Below, piece by piece: positions 51,901-63,300 of a DNA stretch of 64,000 nucleotides. Position 1 is the stretch's first letter. Every line of letters starts with the position of its first letter. The translations under genes were made by a program, and so were the position numbers. This stretch comes from Eledone cirrhosa (lineage: Eukaryota): the NCBI GenBank assembly GCA_964016885.1, contig OZ024744.1, positions 3,162,001-3,226,000 of the forward strand, given 5' to 3'. The notes under the pieces are model-generated. The model worked only from the letters and a program-made list of their open reading frames with translations, did not search any database and was not told the DNA's origin.

Positions 51901-52850
51901 CAAGGTAGAGAAAGATAGCTTGGTGAAAAACGGAGTTTTGGGGGAAGACAAGGTAGAGAAAGATAGCTTGGTGAAGAACGAAGTTTTGGGGGAAGACAAG
52001 GTAGAGAAAGATAGCTTGGTGAAGAACGAAGTTTTGTGGAAGACAATGTAGAGAGAGAAAGATAGCTTGGTGAAGAACGAAGTTTTGAGGGAAGACAAGG
52101 TAGAGAAAGATAGCTTGGTGAATAACGAAGTTTTGGGAGAACACAAGGTAGAGAAAGATAGCTTGGTGAAGAACGAAGTTTTGAGGGAAGACAAGGTAGA
52201 GAAAGATAGCTTGTTGAAGAACGACATTTTGAGGGAAGACAAGGTAGAGAAAGATAGCTTAGTGAAGGACGACGTTTTGTGGGAAGACAAGGTAGAGAAA
52301 GATAGCTTGGTGAATAACAAAGTTTTGGGAGAAGACAAGGTCGAGAAAGATAGCTTGGTGAAGAACGAAGTTTTGGGGGAAGACAAGGTAGAGAAAGATA
52401 GCTTGGTGAAGAACGAAGTTTTGGAGGAAATCAAGGTAGAGAATAATAGTTTGGTGAAGAACGAAGTTTTGGGGGAAGACAAGGTAGAGAAAGATAGCTT
52501 GGTGAAGAACGACGTTTTGAGGGAAGACAAGGTAGAGAAAGATAGCTTGGTGAAGAACGAAGTTTTGGGGAAGACAATGTAGAGAAAGATAGCTTGGTGA
52601 AGAACGAAGTTTTGGGGGAAGACAAGGTAGAGAAAGATAGCTTGGTGAAGAACGAAGTTTTGGGAGAAGACAAGGTAGAGAAAGATAGCTTGGTGAAGAA
52701 CGAAGTTTTGAGGGAAGACAAGGTAGAGAAAGATAGCTTGGTGAAGAACGACGTTTTGAGGGAAGACAAGGTAGAGAAAGATAGCTTGGTGAAGAACGAC
52801 GTTTTGTGGGAAGACAAGGTAGAGAAAGATAGCTTGGTGAAGAACGAAGT
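47600..52850 (+). repeat. Duplication, offset ~3213 bp (67 monomers)
   Basis: Offsets 47652->50865, 47843->51056 and 48466->51679 are 3213; 48853->52067 is 3214. The copies differ by several point changes. Confidence 0.82.
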
Positions 52851-53544
52851 TTTGGGGGAAGACAAGGTAGAGAAAGATAGCTTGGTGAAGAACGAAGTTT
52901 TGGGAGAAGACAAGGTAGAGAAAGATAGCTTGGTGAAGAACGAAGTTTTGAGGGAAGACAAGGTAGAGAAAGATAGCTTGGTGAAGAACGACGTTTTGAG
53001 GGAAGACAAGGTAGAGAAAGATAGCTTGTTGAAGAACGACATTTTGAGGGAAGACAAGGTAGAGAAAGATAGCTTAGTGAAGGACGACGTTTTGAGGGAA
53101 GACAAGGTAGAGAAAGATAGCTTGGTGAAGAACGACGTTTTGTGGGAAGACAAGGTAGAGAAAGATAGCTTGGTGAAGAACGAAGTTTTGGGGGAAGACA
53201 AGGTAGAGAAAGATAGCTTGGTGAAGAACGAAGTTTTGGGAGAAGACAAGGTAGAGAAAGATAGCTTGGTGAAGAACGAAGTTTTGGGGAAGACAATGTA
53301 GAGAAAGATAGCTTGGTGAAGAACGAAGTTTTGGGGGAAGACAAGGTAGAGAAAGATAGCTTGGTGAAGAACGAAGTTTTGAGGGAAGACAGGATAGAGA
53401 AAGATAGCTTGGTGAATAACGAAGTTTTGGGAGAAGACAAGGTAGAGAAAGATAGCTTGGTGAAGAACGACGTTTTGTGGGAAGACAAGGTAGAGAAAGA
53501 TAGCTTGGTGAAGAACGAAGTTTTGGGGAAGACAATGTAGAGAA

Positions 53545-56500
53545 AGATAGCTTGGTGAAGAACGAAGTTTTGGGGAAGACAATGTAGAGAAAGATAGCTT
53601 GGTGAAGAACGAAGTTTTGGGGGAAGACAAGGTAGAGAAAGATAGCTTGGTGAAGAACGACGTTTTGAGGGAAGACAAGATAGAGAAAGATAGTTTGGTG
53701 AAGAACGACGTTTTGTGGGAAGACAAGGTAGAGAAAGATAGCTTGGTGAAGAACGAAGTTTTGAGGGAAGACAAGGTAGAGAAAGATAGCTTGGTGAATA
53801 ACGAAGTTTTGGGAGAAGACAAGGTGGAGAAAGATAGCTTGGTGAAGAACGAAGTTTTGAGGGAAGACAAGGTAGAGAAAGATAGCTTGGTGAAGAACGA
53901 CGTTTTGTGGGAAGACAAGGTAGAGAAAGATAGCTTGGTGAAGAACGAAGTTTTGGGGGAAGACAAGGTAGAGAAAGATAGCTTGGTGAAGAACGAAGTT
54001 TTGGGGGAAGATAAGGTAGAGAAAGATAGCTTGGTGAAGAACGAAGTTTTGGGGAAGACAATGTAGAGAAAGATAGCTTGGTGAAGAACGGAGATTTGGG
54101 GGAAGACAAGGTAGAGAAAGATAGCTTGGTGAAGAACGAAGTTTTGGGAGAAGACAAGGTAGAGAAAGATAGCTTGGTGAAGAACGAAGTTTTGAGGGAA
54201 GACAAGGTAGAGAAAGATAGCTTGGTGAAGAACGAAGTTTTGGGGGAAGACAAGGTAGAGAAAGATAGCTTGGTGAAGAACGAAGTTTTGAGGGAAGACA
54301 AGGTAGAGAAAGATAGCTTGGTGAATAACGAAGTTTTGGGAGAAGACAAGGTAGAGAAAGATAGTTGGTGAAGAACGAAGTTTTGAGGGAAGACAAGGTA
54401 GAGAAAGATAGCTCGGTGAAGAACGACGTTTTGAGGGAAGACAAGGTAGAGAAAGATAGCTTGGTGAAGAACGACGTTTTGTGGGAAGACAAGGTAGAGA
54501 AAGATAGCTTGGTGAAGAACGAAGTTTTGGGGGAAGACAAGGTAGAGAAAGATAGCTTGGTGAAGAACGAAGTTTTGGGGAAGACAATGTAGAGAAAGAT
54601 AGCTTGGTGAAGAACGAAGCTTTGGGGGAAGACAAGGTAGAGAAAGATAGCTTGGTGAAGAACGAAGTTTTGAGGGAAGACAGGATAGAGAAAGATAGCT
54701 TGGTGAATAACGAAGTTTTGGGAGAAGACAAGGTAGAGAAAGATAGCTTGGTGAAGAACGACGTTTTGAGGGAAGACAAGGTAGAGAAAGATAGCTTGGT
54801 GAAGAACGAAGTTTTGGGGAAGACAATGTAGAGAAAGATAGCTTGGTGAAGAACGAAGTTTTGGGGGAAGACAAGGTAGAGAAAGATAGCTTGGTGAAGA
54901 ACGAAGTTTTGAGGGAAGACAAGGTAGAGAAAGATAGCTTGGTGAATAACGAAGTTTTGGGAGAAGACAAGGTAGAGAAAGATAGTTGGTGAAGAACGAA
55001 GTTTTGAAGGAAGACAAGGCAGAGAAAGATAGCTTGGTGAAGAACGAAGTTTTGAGGGAAGACAAGGTAGAGAAAGATAGCTTGGTGAAGAACGACGTTT
55101 TGTGGGAAGACAAGGTAGAGAAAGATAGCTTGGTGAAGAACGACGTTTTGTGGGAAGACAAGGTAGAGAAAGATAGCTTGGTGAAGAACGAAGTTTTGGG
55201 GGAAGACAAGGTAGAGAAAGATAGCTTGGTGAAGAACGAAGTTTTGGGGGAAGACAAGGTAGAGAAAGATAGCTTGGTGAAGAACGAAGTTTTGAGGCAA
55301 GACAAGGTAGAGAAAGATAGCTTGGTGAATAACGAAGTTTTGGGAGAAGACAAGGTGGAGAAAGATAGCTTGGTGAAGAACGAAGTTTTGAGGGAAGACA
55401 AGGTAGAGAAAGATAGCTTGGTGAAGAACGACGTTTTGTGGGAAGACAAGGTAGAGAAAGATAGCTTGGTGAAGAACGAAGTTTTGGGGGAAGACAAGGT
55501 AGAGAAAGATAGCTTGGTGAAGAACGAAGTTTTGGGGGAAGACAAGGTAGAGAAAGATAGCTTGGTGAAGAACGAAGTTTTGGGGAAGACAATGTAGAGA
55601 AAGATAGCTTGGTGAAGAACGAAGTTTTGGGGGAAGACAAGGTAGAGAAAGATAGCTTGGTGAAGAACGACGTTTTGAGGGAAGACAAGATAGAGAAAGA
55701 TAGTTTGGTGAAGAACGACGTTTTGTGGGAAGACAAGGTAGAGAAAGATAGCTTGGTGAAGAACGAAGTTTTGAGGGAAGACAAGGTAGAGAAAGATAGC
55801 TTGGTGAATAACGAAGTTTTGGGAGAAGACAAGGTGGAGAAAGATAGCTTGGTGAAGAACGAAGTTTTGAGGGAAGACAAGGTAGAGAAAGATAGCTTGG
55901 TGAAGAACGACGTTTTGTGGGAAGACAAGGTAGAGAAAGATAGCTTGGTGAAGAACGAAGTTTTGGGGGAAGACAAGGTAGAGAAAGATAGCTTGGTGAA
56001 GAACGAAGTTTTGGGGGAAGATAAGGTAGAGAAAGATAGCTTGGTGAAGAACGAAGTTTTGGGGAAGACAATGTAGAGAAAGATAGCTTGGTGAAGAACG
56101 AAGATTTGGGGGAAGACAAGGTAGAGAAAGATAGCTTGGTGAAGAACGAAGTTTTGGGAGAAGACAAGGTAGAGAAAGATAGCTTGGTGAAGAACGAAGT
56201 TTTGAGGGAAGACAAGGTAGAGAAAGATAGCTTGGTGAAGAACGAATTTTGGGGGAAGACAAGGTAGAGAAAGATAGCTTGGTGAAGAACGAAGTTTTGA
56301 GGGAAGACAAGGTAGAGAAAGATAGCTTGGTGAATAACGAAGTTTTGGGAGAAGACAAGGTAGAGAAAGATAGTTGGTGAAGAACGAAGTTTTGAGGGAA
56401 GACAAGGTAGAGAAAGATAGCTCGGTGAAGAACGACGTTTTGAGGGAAGACAAGGTAGAGAAAGATAGCTTGGTGAAGAACGACGTTTTGTGGGAAGACA

Positions 56501-57610
56501 AGGTAGAGAAAGATAGCTTGGTGAAGAACGAAGTTTTGGGGGAAGACAAGGTAGAGAAAGATAGCTTGGTGAAGAACGAAGTTTTGGGGAAGACAATGTA
56601 GAGAAAGATAGCTTGGTGAAGAACGAAGTTTTGGGGGAATACAAGGTAGAGAAAGATAGCTTGGTGAAGAACGAAGTTTTGAGGGAAGACAGGATAGAGA
56701 AAGATAGCTTGGTGAATAACGAAGTTTTGGGAGAAGACAAGGTAGAGAAAGATAGCTTGGTGAAGAACGACGTTTTGAGGGAAGACAAGGTAGAGAAAGA
56801 TAGCTTGGTGAAGAACGAAGTTTTGGGGAAGACAATGTAGAGAAAGATAGCTTGGTGAAGAACGAAGTTTTGGGGGAAGACAAGGTAGAGAAAGATAGCT
56901 TGGTGAAGAACGAAGTTTTGAGGGAAGACAAGGTAGAGAAAGATAGCTTGGTGAATAACGAAGTTTTGGGAGAAGACAAGGTAGAGAAAGATAGTTGGTG
57001 AAGAACGAAGTTTTGAAGGAAGACAAGGCAGAGAAAGATAGCTTGGTGAAGAACGAAGTTTTGAGGGAAGACAAGGTAGAGAAAGATAGCTTGGTGAAGA
57101 ACGACGTTTTGTGGGAAGACAAGGTAGAGAAAGATAGCTTGGTGAAGAACGACGTTTTGTGGGAAGACAAGGTAGAGAAAGATAGCTTGGTGAAGAACGA
57201 AGTTTTGGGGGAAGACAAGGTAGAGAAAGATAGCTTGGTGAAGAACGAAGTTTTGGGGGAAGACAAGGTAGAGAAAGATAGCTTGGTGAAGAACGAAGTT
57301 TTGAGGCAAGACAAGGTAGAGAAAGATAGCTTGGTGAATAACGAAGTTTTGGGAGAAGACAAGGTGGAAAAAGATAGCTTGGTGAAGAACGAAGTTTTGA
57401 GGGAAGACAAGGTAGAGAAAGATAGCTTGGTGAAGAACGACGTTTTGTGGGAAGACAAGGTAGAGAAAGATAGCTTGGTGAAGAACGAAGTTTTGGGGGA
57501 AGACAAGGTAGAGAAAGATAGCTTGGTGAAGAACGAAGTTTTGGGGGAAGACAAGGTAGAGAAAGATAGCTTGGTGAAGAACGAAGTTTTGGGGAAGACA
57601 ATGTAGAGAA
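53545..57610 (+). repeat. Tandem duplication, unit 2009-2010 bp (42 monomers)
   Basis: Offset 53599->55609 is 2010; 54365->56374, 54604->56613 and 54986->56995 are 2009. Both copies carry the private variants AGCTCGG and GAGGCAAGAC. Confidence 0.9.
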
Positions 57611-58149
57611 AGATAGCTTGGTGAAGAACGAAGATTTGGGGTAAGACAAGGTAGAGAAAGATAGCTTGGTGAAGAACGAAGTTTTGGGAGAAGACAAGGT
57701 AGAGAAAGATAGCTTGGTGAAGAACGAAGTTTTGAGGGAAGACAATGTAGAGAAAGATAGCTTGGTGAAGAACGACGTTTTGAGGGAAGACAAGGTAGAG
57801 AAAGATAGCTTGGTGAAGAACGAAGTTTTGGGGGAAGACAAGATAGAGAAAGATAGCTTGGTGAAAAACGGAGTTTTGGGGGAAGACAAGGTAGAGAAAG
57901 ATAGCTTGGTGAAGAACGAAGTTTTGGGGGAAGACAAGGTAGAGAAAGATAGCTTGGTGAAGAACGAAGTTTTGTGGAAGACAATGTAGAGAGAGATAGC
58001 TTGGTGAAGAACGAAGTTTTGGAGGAAATCAAGGTAGAGAATAATAGTTTGGTGAAGAACGAAGTTTTGGGGGAAGACAAGGTAGAGAAAGATAGCTTGG
58101 TGAAGAACGACGTTTTGAGGGAAGACAAGGTAGAGAAAGATAGCTTGGT

Positions 58150-61100
58150 GAAGAACGAAGTTTTGGGGAAGACAATGTAGAGAAAGATAGCTTGGTGAAG
58201 AACGAAGTTTTGGGGGAAGACAAGGTAGAGAAAGATAGCTTGGTGAAGAACGAAGTTTTGGGAGAAGACAAGGTAGAGAAAGATAGCTTGGTGAAGAACG
58301 AAGTTTTGAGGGAAGACAAGGTAGAGAAAGATAGCTTGGTGAAGAACGACGTTTTGAGGGGAAAAAAGGTAGAGAAAGATAGCTTGGTGAAGAACGACGT
58401 TTTGTGGGAAGACAAGGTAGAGAAAGATAGCTTGGTGAAGAACGAAGTTTTGGGGGAAGACAAGGTAGAGAAAGATAGCTTGGTGAAGAACGAAGTTTTG
58501 GGGGAAGACAAGGTAGAGAAAGATAGCTTGGTGAAGAACGAAGTTTTGGGGAAGACAATGTAGAGAAAGATAGCTTGGTGAAGAACGAAGTTTTGGGGGA
58601 AGACAAGGTAGAGAAAGATAGCTTGGTGAATAACGAAGTTTTGGGAGAAGACAAGGTCGAGAAAGATAGCTTGGTGAAGAACGAAATTTTGAGGGAAGAC
58701 AAGGTAGAAAAAGATAGCTTGGTGAAGAACGACGTTTTGAGGGAAGACAAGATAGAGAAAGATAGCTTGGTGAAGAACGACGTTTTGTGGGAAGACAAGG
58801 TAGAGAAAGATAGCTTGGTGAAGAACGAAGTTTTGAGGGAAGACAAGGTAGAGAAAGATAGCTTGGTGAATAACGAAGTTTTGGGAGAAGACAAGGTGGA
58901 GAAAGATAGCTTGGTGAAGAACGAAGTTTTGAGGGAAGACAAGGTAGAGAAAGATAGCTTTGTGAAGAACGACGTTTTGTGGGAAGACAAGGTAGAGAAA
59001 GATAGCTTGGTGAAGAACGAAGTTTTGGGGGAAGACAAGGTAGAGAAAGATAGCTTGGTGAAGAACGAAGTTTTGGGGGAAGATAAGGTAGAGAAAGATA
59101 GCTTGGTGAAGAACGAAGTTTTGGGGAAGACAATGTAGAGAAAGATAGCTTGGTGAAGAACGAAGATTTGGGGGAAGACAAGGTAGAGAAAGATAGCTTG
59201 GTGAAGAACGAAGTTTTGGGAGAAGACAAGGTAGAGAAAGATAGCTTGGTGAAGAACGAAGTTTTGAGGGAAGACAAGGTAGAGAAAGATAGCTTGGTGA
59301 AGAACGACGTTTTGAGGGAAGACAAGGTAGAGAAAGATAGCTTGGTGAAGAACGACGTTTTGTGGGAAGACAAGGTAGAGAAAGATAGCTTGGTGAAGAA
59401 CGAAGTTTTGGGGGAAGACAAGGTAGAGAAAGATAGCTTGGTGAAGAACGAAGTTTTGGGGGAAGACAAGGTAGAGAAAGATAGCTTGGTGAAGAACGAA
59501 GTTTTGGGGGAAGACAAGGTAGAGAAAGATAGCTTGGTGAAGAACGAATTTTGTGGAAGACAATGTAGAGAAAGATAGCTTGGTGAAGAACGAAGTTTTG
59601 GGGGAAGACATGGTAGAGAAAGATAGCTTGGTGAATAACGAAGTTTTGGGAGAAGACAAGGTAGAGAAAGATAGCTTGGTGAAGAACGAAGTTTTGAGGG
59701 AAGACAAGGTAGAGAAAGATAGCTTGGTGAAGAACGACGTTTTGTGGGAAGACAAGGTAGAGAAAGATAGCTTGGTGAAGAACGAAGTTTTGGGGGAAGA
59801 CAAGGTAGAGAAAGATAGCTTGGTGAAGAACGAAGTTTTGGGGGAAGACAAGGTAGAGAAAGATAGCTTGGTGAAGAACGAAGTTTTGGGGAAGACAATG
59901 TAGAGAAAGATAGCTTGGTGAAGAACGAAGTTTTGGGGAAGACAATGTAGAGAAAGATAGCTTGGTGAAGAACGAAGTTTTGGGGGAAGACAAGGTAGAG
60001 AAAGATAGCTTGGTGAAGAACGAAGTTTTGAGGGAAGACAAGGTAGAGAAAGATAGCTTGGTGAATAACAAAGTTTTGGGAGAAGACAAGGTCGAGAAAG
60101 ATAGCTTGGTGAAGAACGAAGTTTTGAGGGTAGACAAGGTAGAGAAAGATAGCTTGGTGAAGAACGACGTTTTGAGGGAAGACAAGATAGAGAAAGATAG
60201 CTTGGTGAAGAACGACGTTTTGTGGGAAGACAAGGTAGAGAAAGATAGCTTGGTGAAGAACGAAGTTTTGTGGGAAGACAAGGTAGAGAAAGATAGCTTG
60301 GTGAAGAACGAAGTTTTGGGGGAAGACAAGGTAGAGAAAGATAGCTTGGTGAAGAACGAAGTTTTGGGGGAAGACAAGGTAGAGAAAGATAGCTTGGTGA
60401 AGAACGAAGTTTTGGGGGAAATCAAGGTAGAGAATAATAGTTTGGTGAAGAACGAAGATTTGGGGGAAGACAAGGTAGAGAAAGATAGCTTGGTGAAGAA
60501 CGAAGTTTTGGGGGAAGACAAGGTAGAGAAAGATAGCTTGGTGAAGAACGAAGTTTTGGGGGAAGACAAGGTAGAGAAAGATAGCTTGGTGAAGAACGAA
60601 GTTTTGAGGGAAGGCAATGTAGAGAAAGATAGCTTGGTGAATAACAAAGTTTTGGGAGAAGACAAGGTCGAGAAAGATAGCTTGGTGAAGAACGAAGTTT
60701 TGAGGGTAGACAAGGTAGAGAAAGATAGCTTGGTGAAGAACGACGTTTTGAGGGAAGACAAGATAGAGAAAGATAGCTTGGTGAAGAACGACGTTTTGTG
60801 GGAAGACAAGGTAGAGAAAGATAGCTTGGTGAAGAACGAAGTTTTGTGGGAAGACAAGGTAGAGAAAGATAGCTTGGTGACGAACGAAGTTTTGGGGGAA
60901 GACAAGGTAGAGAAAGATAGCTTGGTGAAGAACGAAGTTTTGAGGGAAGACAAGGTAGAGAAAGATAGCTTGGTGAAGAACGAAGTTTTGAGGGTAGACA
61001 AGGTAGAGAAAGATAGCTTGGTGAAGAACGAAGTTTTGGGGAAGACAATGTAGAGAAAGATAGCTTGGTGAAGAACGAAGTTTTGGGGGAAGACAAGGTA

Positions 61101-63300
61101 GAGAAAGATAGCTTGGTGAAGAACGAAGTTTTGGGAGAAGACAAGGTAGAGAAAGATAGCTTGGTGAAGAACGAAGTTTTGAGGGAAGACAAGGTAGAGA
61201 AAGATAGCTTGGTGAAGATCGACGTTTTGAGGGGAAAAAAGGTAGAGAAAGATAGCTTGGTGAAGAACGACGTTTTGTGGGAAGACAAGGTAGAGAAAGA
61301 TAGCTTGGTGAAGAACGAAGTTTTGGGGGAAGACAAGGTAGAGAAAGATAGCTTGGTGAAGAACGAAGTTTTGGGGGAAGACAAGGTAGAGAAAGATAGC
61401 TTGGTGAAGAACGAAGTTTTGGGGGAAGACAAGGTAGAGAAAGATAGCTTGGTGAAGAACGAAGTTTTGGGGAAGACAATGTAGAGAAAGATAGCTTGGT
61501 GAAGAACGAAGTTTTGGGGGAAGACAAGGTAGAGAAAGATAGCTTGGTGAATAACGAAGTTTTGGGAGAAGACAAGGTCGAGAAAGATAGCTTGGTGAAG
61601 AACGAAATTTTGAGGGAAGACAAGGTAGAAAAAGATAGCTTGGTGAAGAACGACGTTTTGAGGGAAGACAAGATAGAGAAAGATAGCTTGGTGAAGAACG
61701 ACGTTTTGTGGGAAGACAAGGTAGAGAAAGATAGCTTGGTGAAGAACGAAGTTTTGAGGGAAGACAAGGTAGAGAAAGATAGCTTGGTGAATAACGAAGT
61801 CTTGGGAGAAGACAAGGTGGAGAAAGATAGCTTCGTGAAGAACGAAGTTTTGAGGGAAGACAAGGTAGAGAAAGATAGCTTGGTGAAGAACGACGTTTTG
61901 TGGGAAGACAAGGTAGAGAAAGATAGCTTGGTGAAGAACGAAGTTTTGGGGGAAGACAAGGTAGAGAAAGATAGCTTGGTGAAGAACGAAGTTTTGGGGG
62001 AAGATAAGGTAGAGAAAGATAGCTTGGTGAAGAACGAAGTTTTGGGGAAGACAATGTAGAGAAAGATAGCTTGGTGAAGAACGAAGATTTGGGGGAAGAC
62101 AAGGTAGAGAAAGATAGCTTGGTGAAGAACGAAGTTTTGGGAGAAGACAAGGTAGAGAAAGATAGCTTGGTGAAGAACGAAGTTTTGGGGGAAGACAAGG
62201 TAGAGAAAGATAGCTTGGTGAAGAACGACGTTTTGTGGGAAGACAAGGTAGAGAAAGATAGCTTGGTGAAGAACGAAGTTTTGGTGGAAGACAAGGTAGA
62301 GAAAGATAGCTTGGTGAAGAACGAAGTTTTGGGGGAAGACAAGGTAGAGAAAGATAGCTTGGTGAAGAACGAAGTTTTGGGGGAAGACAAGGTAGAGAAA
62401 GATAGCTTGGTGAAGAACGAAGTTTTGTGGAAGACAATGTAGAGAAAGATAGCTTGGTGAAGAACGAAGTTTTGGGGGAAGACATGGTAGAGAAAGATAG
62501 CTTGGTGAATAACGAAGTTTTGGGAGAAGACAAGGTAGAGAAAGATAGCTTGGTGAAGAACGAAGTTTTGAGGGAAGACAAGGTAGAGAAAGATAGCTTG
62601 GTGAAGAACGACGTTTTGTGGGGAGACAAGGTAGAGAAAGATAGCTTGGTGAAGAACGAAGTTTTGGGGGAAGACAAGGTAGAGAAAGATAGCTTGGTGA
62701 AGAACGAAGTTTTGGGGGAAGACAAGGTAGAGAAAGATAGCTTGGTGAAGAACGAAGTTTTGGGGGAAGACAAGGTAGAGAAAGATAGCTTGGTGAAGAA
62801 CGAAGTTTTGGGGAAGACAATGTAGAGAAAGATAGCTTGGTGAAGAACGAAGTTTTGGGGGAAGACAAGGTAGAGAAAGATAGCTTGGTGAAGAACGAAG
62901 TTTTGAGGGAAGACAAGGTAGAGAAAGATAGCTTGGTGAATAACAAAGTTTTGGGAGAAGACAAGGTCGAGAAAGATAGCTTGGTGAAGAACGAAGTTTT
63001 GAGGGTAGACAAGGTAGAGAAAGATAGCTTGGTGAAGAACGACGTTTTGAGGGAAGACAAGATAGAGAAAGATAGCTTGGTGAAGAACGACGTTTTGCGG
63101 GAAGACAAGGTAGAGAAAGATAGCTTGGTGAAGAACGAAGTTTTGTGGGAAGACAAGGTAGAGAAAGATAGCTTGGTGAAGAACGAAGTTTTGGGGGAAG
63201 ACAAGGTAGAGAAAGATAGCTTGGTGAAGAACGAAGTTTTGGGGGAAATCAAGGTAGAGAATAATAGTTTGGTGAAGAACGAAGATTTGGGGGAAGACAA
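58150..63300 (+). repeat. Diverged tandem duplication, unit ~2.87-2.92 kb (60-61 monomers)
   Basis: Offsets: 58192->61065 is 2873; 58575->61496 and 59150->62071 are 2921; 59553->62427 is 2874; 59962->62837 is 2875. Both copies carry GGGGAAAAAAGG, GACATGG and AGGGTAGAC variants. Confidence 0.85.
60050..60880 (+). repeat. Nested 576-bp (12-monomer) offset duplication of a 5-monomer cassette
   Basis: The series NNKVLGE/RVDK/EDKIE/DVLW/EVLW occurs with GTCGAG at 60091 and 60667. It reappears near 62966 and 63877. Confidence 0.78.
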
